NCBI RefSeq assembly: GCF_001888055.1
Contig: NZ_LXHZ01000015.1
Coordinates: forward strand, 18,552 to 50,551
Reading direction: 5' to 3'
Length of the DNA stretch: 32,000 bases
From: Rappaport israeli
Lineage (GTDB): Bacteria > Pseudomonadota > Gammaproteobacteria > Cardiobacteriales > Cardiobacteriaceae
The translations under genes and the position numbers were made by a program. Positions 31,170-32,000 of this stretch are shown here, one piece after another. The notes under the pieces were generated by a model. The model was not told the origin of the DNA. It did not search any database and worked only from the letters and a program-made list of their open reading frames with translations. Every line of letters starts with the position of its first letter. The stretch's first letter is position 1.

Positions 31170-32000
31170 ATGCAGCATCTGTATAAAACCATCAGTCTGA
31201 TTTGTGTGAGCAGTGTATTGGTCGCTTGTTCATATGTAAAGCAAGACCATACCGTTGACTGGAGTGCCCAACAACTTTATCAAGCAGGACAAGATGAATT
31301 AAATAACTATGGTTATCAAGATGCCATTGATTACTACACCAAACTACTCGGACGCTACCCCACAGGACAACTCGCACAACAAAGCCAACTCAACCTAGCC
31401 TATGCCTACTACCGCGAAGGCGAAAATGAAAAAGCATTGGCAGAAATAAACAACTTTATTAAGGCATTCCCACAGCATCCATATGTTGATTATGCCTATT
31501 ATATGCGTGGCGTTATTGCATATGAAAAAGATATCAGTATTTATGACCGCCTAAATCCTGCAAATCTAGCACAAACGGACATTCAATCCTTAAAAGCTGC
31601 TTTTGATTATTTCGAGCAACTGGTCACACATTTTCCTAAAAGCGAATACAGCGAAGATGCGCGCTATCGCATGCTGTATCTTAAAAACCTAATGGCGCAA
31701 CATGAATTAGAAATTGCTAGTTACTATATGCGGCGAGGCGCTTACGTTGCTGCAATCAATCGTGCACAAAACATATTAGAGCGCTACGTCAATACCCCAA
31801 GCACCCCCTATGCACTTGCTCTAATCACTAGAGCCTATAGCGAACTTGGACAAATGCAATTGGCACAAAATCATCGGCAAGTCCTAGAACTAAACTTTGC
31901 TAATAAACTAAATGACCCAGAAATCCGACAGTTTTTAAGTGGAGATATCACAAAAAAACGTAATTTATGGAGCATTTTAAACAGTAAACCAAAAATTTAA
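31170..32000 (+). CDS. bamD: Outer membrane protein assembly factor BamD (lipoprotein)
   Basis: Lipobox LVAC, TPR-like WSAQQLYQAGQDELNNYGYQDAIDYYTKLLGRYPTG, YYMRGVIAYEKD; divergent from rluD as in many gammaproteobacteria. Confidence 0.93.
   Translation: MQHLYKTISLICVSSVLVACSYVKQDHTVDWSAQQLYQAGQDELNNYGYQDAIDYYTKLLGRYPTGQLAQQSQLNLAYAYYREGENEKALAEINNFIKAFPQHPYVDYAYYMRGVIAYEKDISIYDRLNPANLAQTDIQSLKAAFDYFEQLVTHFPKSEYSEDARYRMLYLKNLMAQHELEIASYYMRRGAYVAAINRAQNILERYVNTPSTPYALALITRAYSELGQMQLAQNHRQVLELNFANKLNDPEIRQFLSGDITKKRNLWSILNSKPKI

Overview
The window looks like ordinary gammaproteobacterial chromosome. This is inferred from lolC/E-lolD, a LigB-type ligase, comEC next to a corC-type gene, sucC-sucD, and divergent rluD/bamD. 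The main accessory block (about 7.3-21.1 kb) is a complete-looking myo-inositol catabolism operon on the minus strand. In transcription order it reads iolC-iolD-iolE-iolB-rpiR/iolR-iolG-iolG2-iolA, and it is divergent from a sugar/inositol-type ABC transporter (binding protein, ATPase, permease). Other genes are PhnA-like, rhodanese, grxC, a DUF2062 protein, bioB, ligB, an MFS transporter, mgsA, a thioesterase and an uncharacterised membrane-associated protein. A 41-aa type-B ribosomal protein L36 gene (24177..24302) is absent from the supplied ORF track. About 11 single-base frame disruptions occur in otherwise conserved genes (lolC/E, comEC x2, iolA, iolE, iolC, binding protein, bioB x2, MFS, sucD). 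Most are repaired by +/-1 nt in a short homopolymer, so sequencing or assembly error is more likely than gene decay. I found no CRISPR, tRNA, rRNA, transposon, phage or recognisable defence system, and no convincing novel system. The most interesting leads are the iol divergent promoter/operator, the ComEC homologue with no visible metallo-beta-lactamase motif, the ligB end that overlaps a terminator, and the 385-aa unknown protein.
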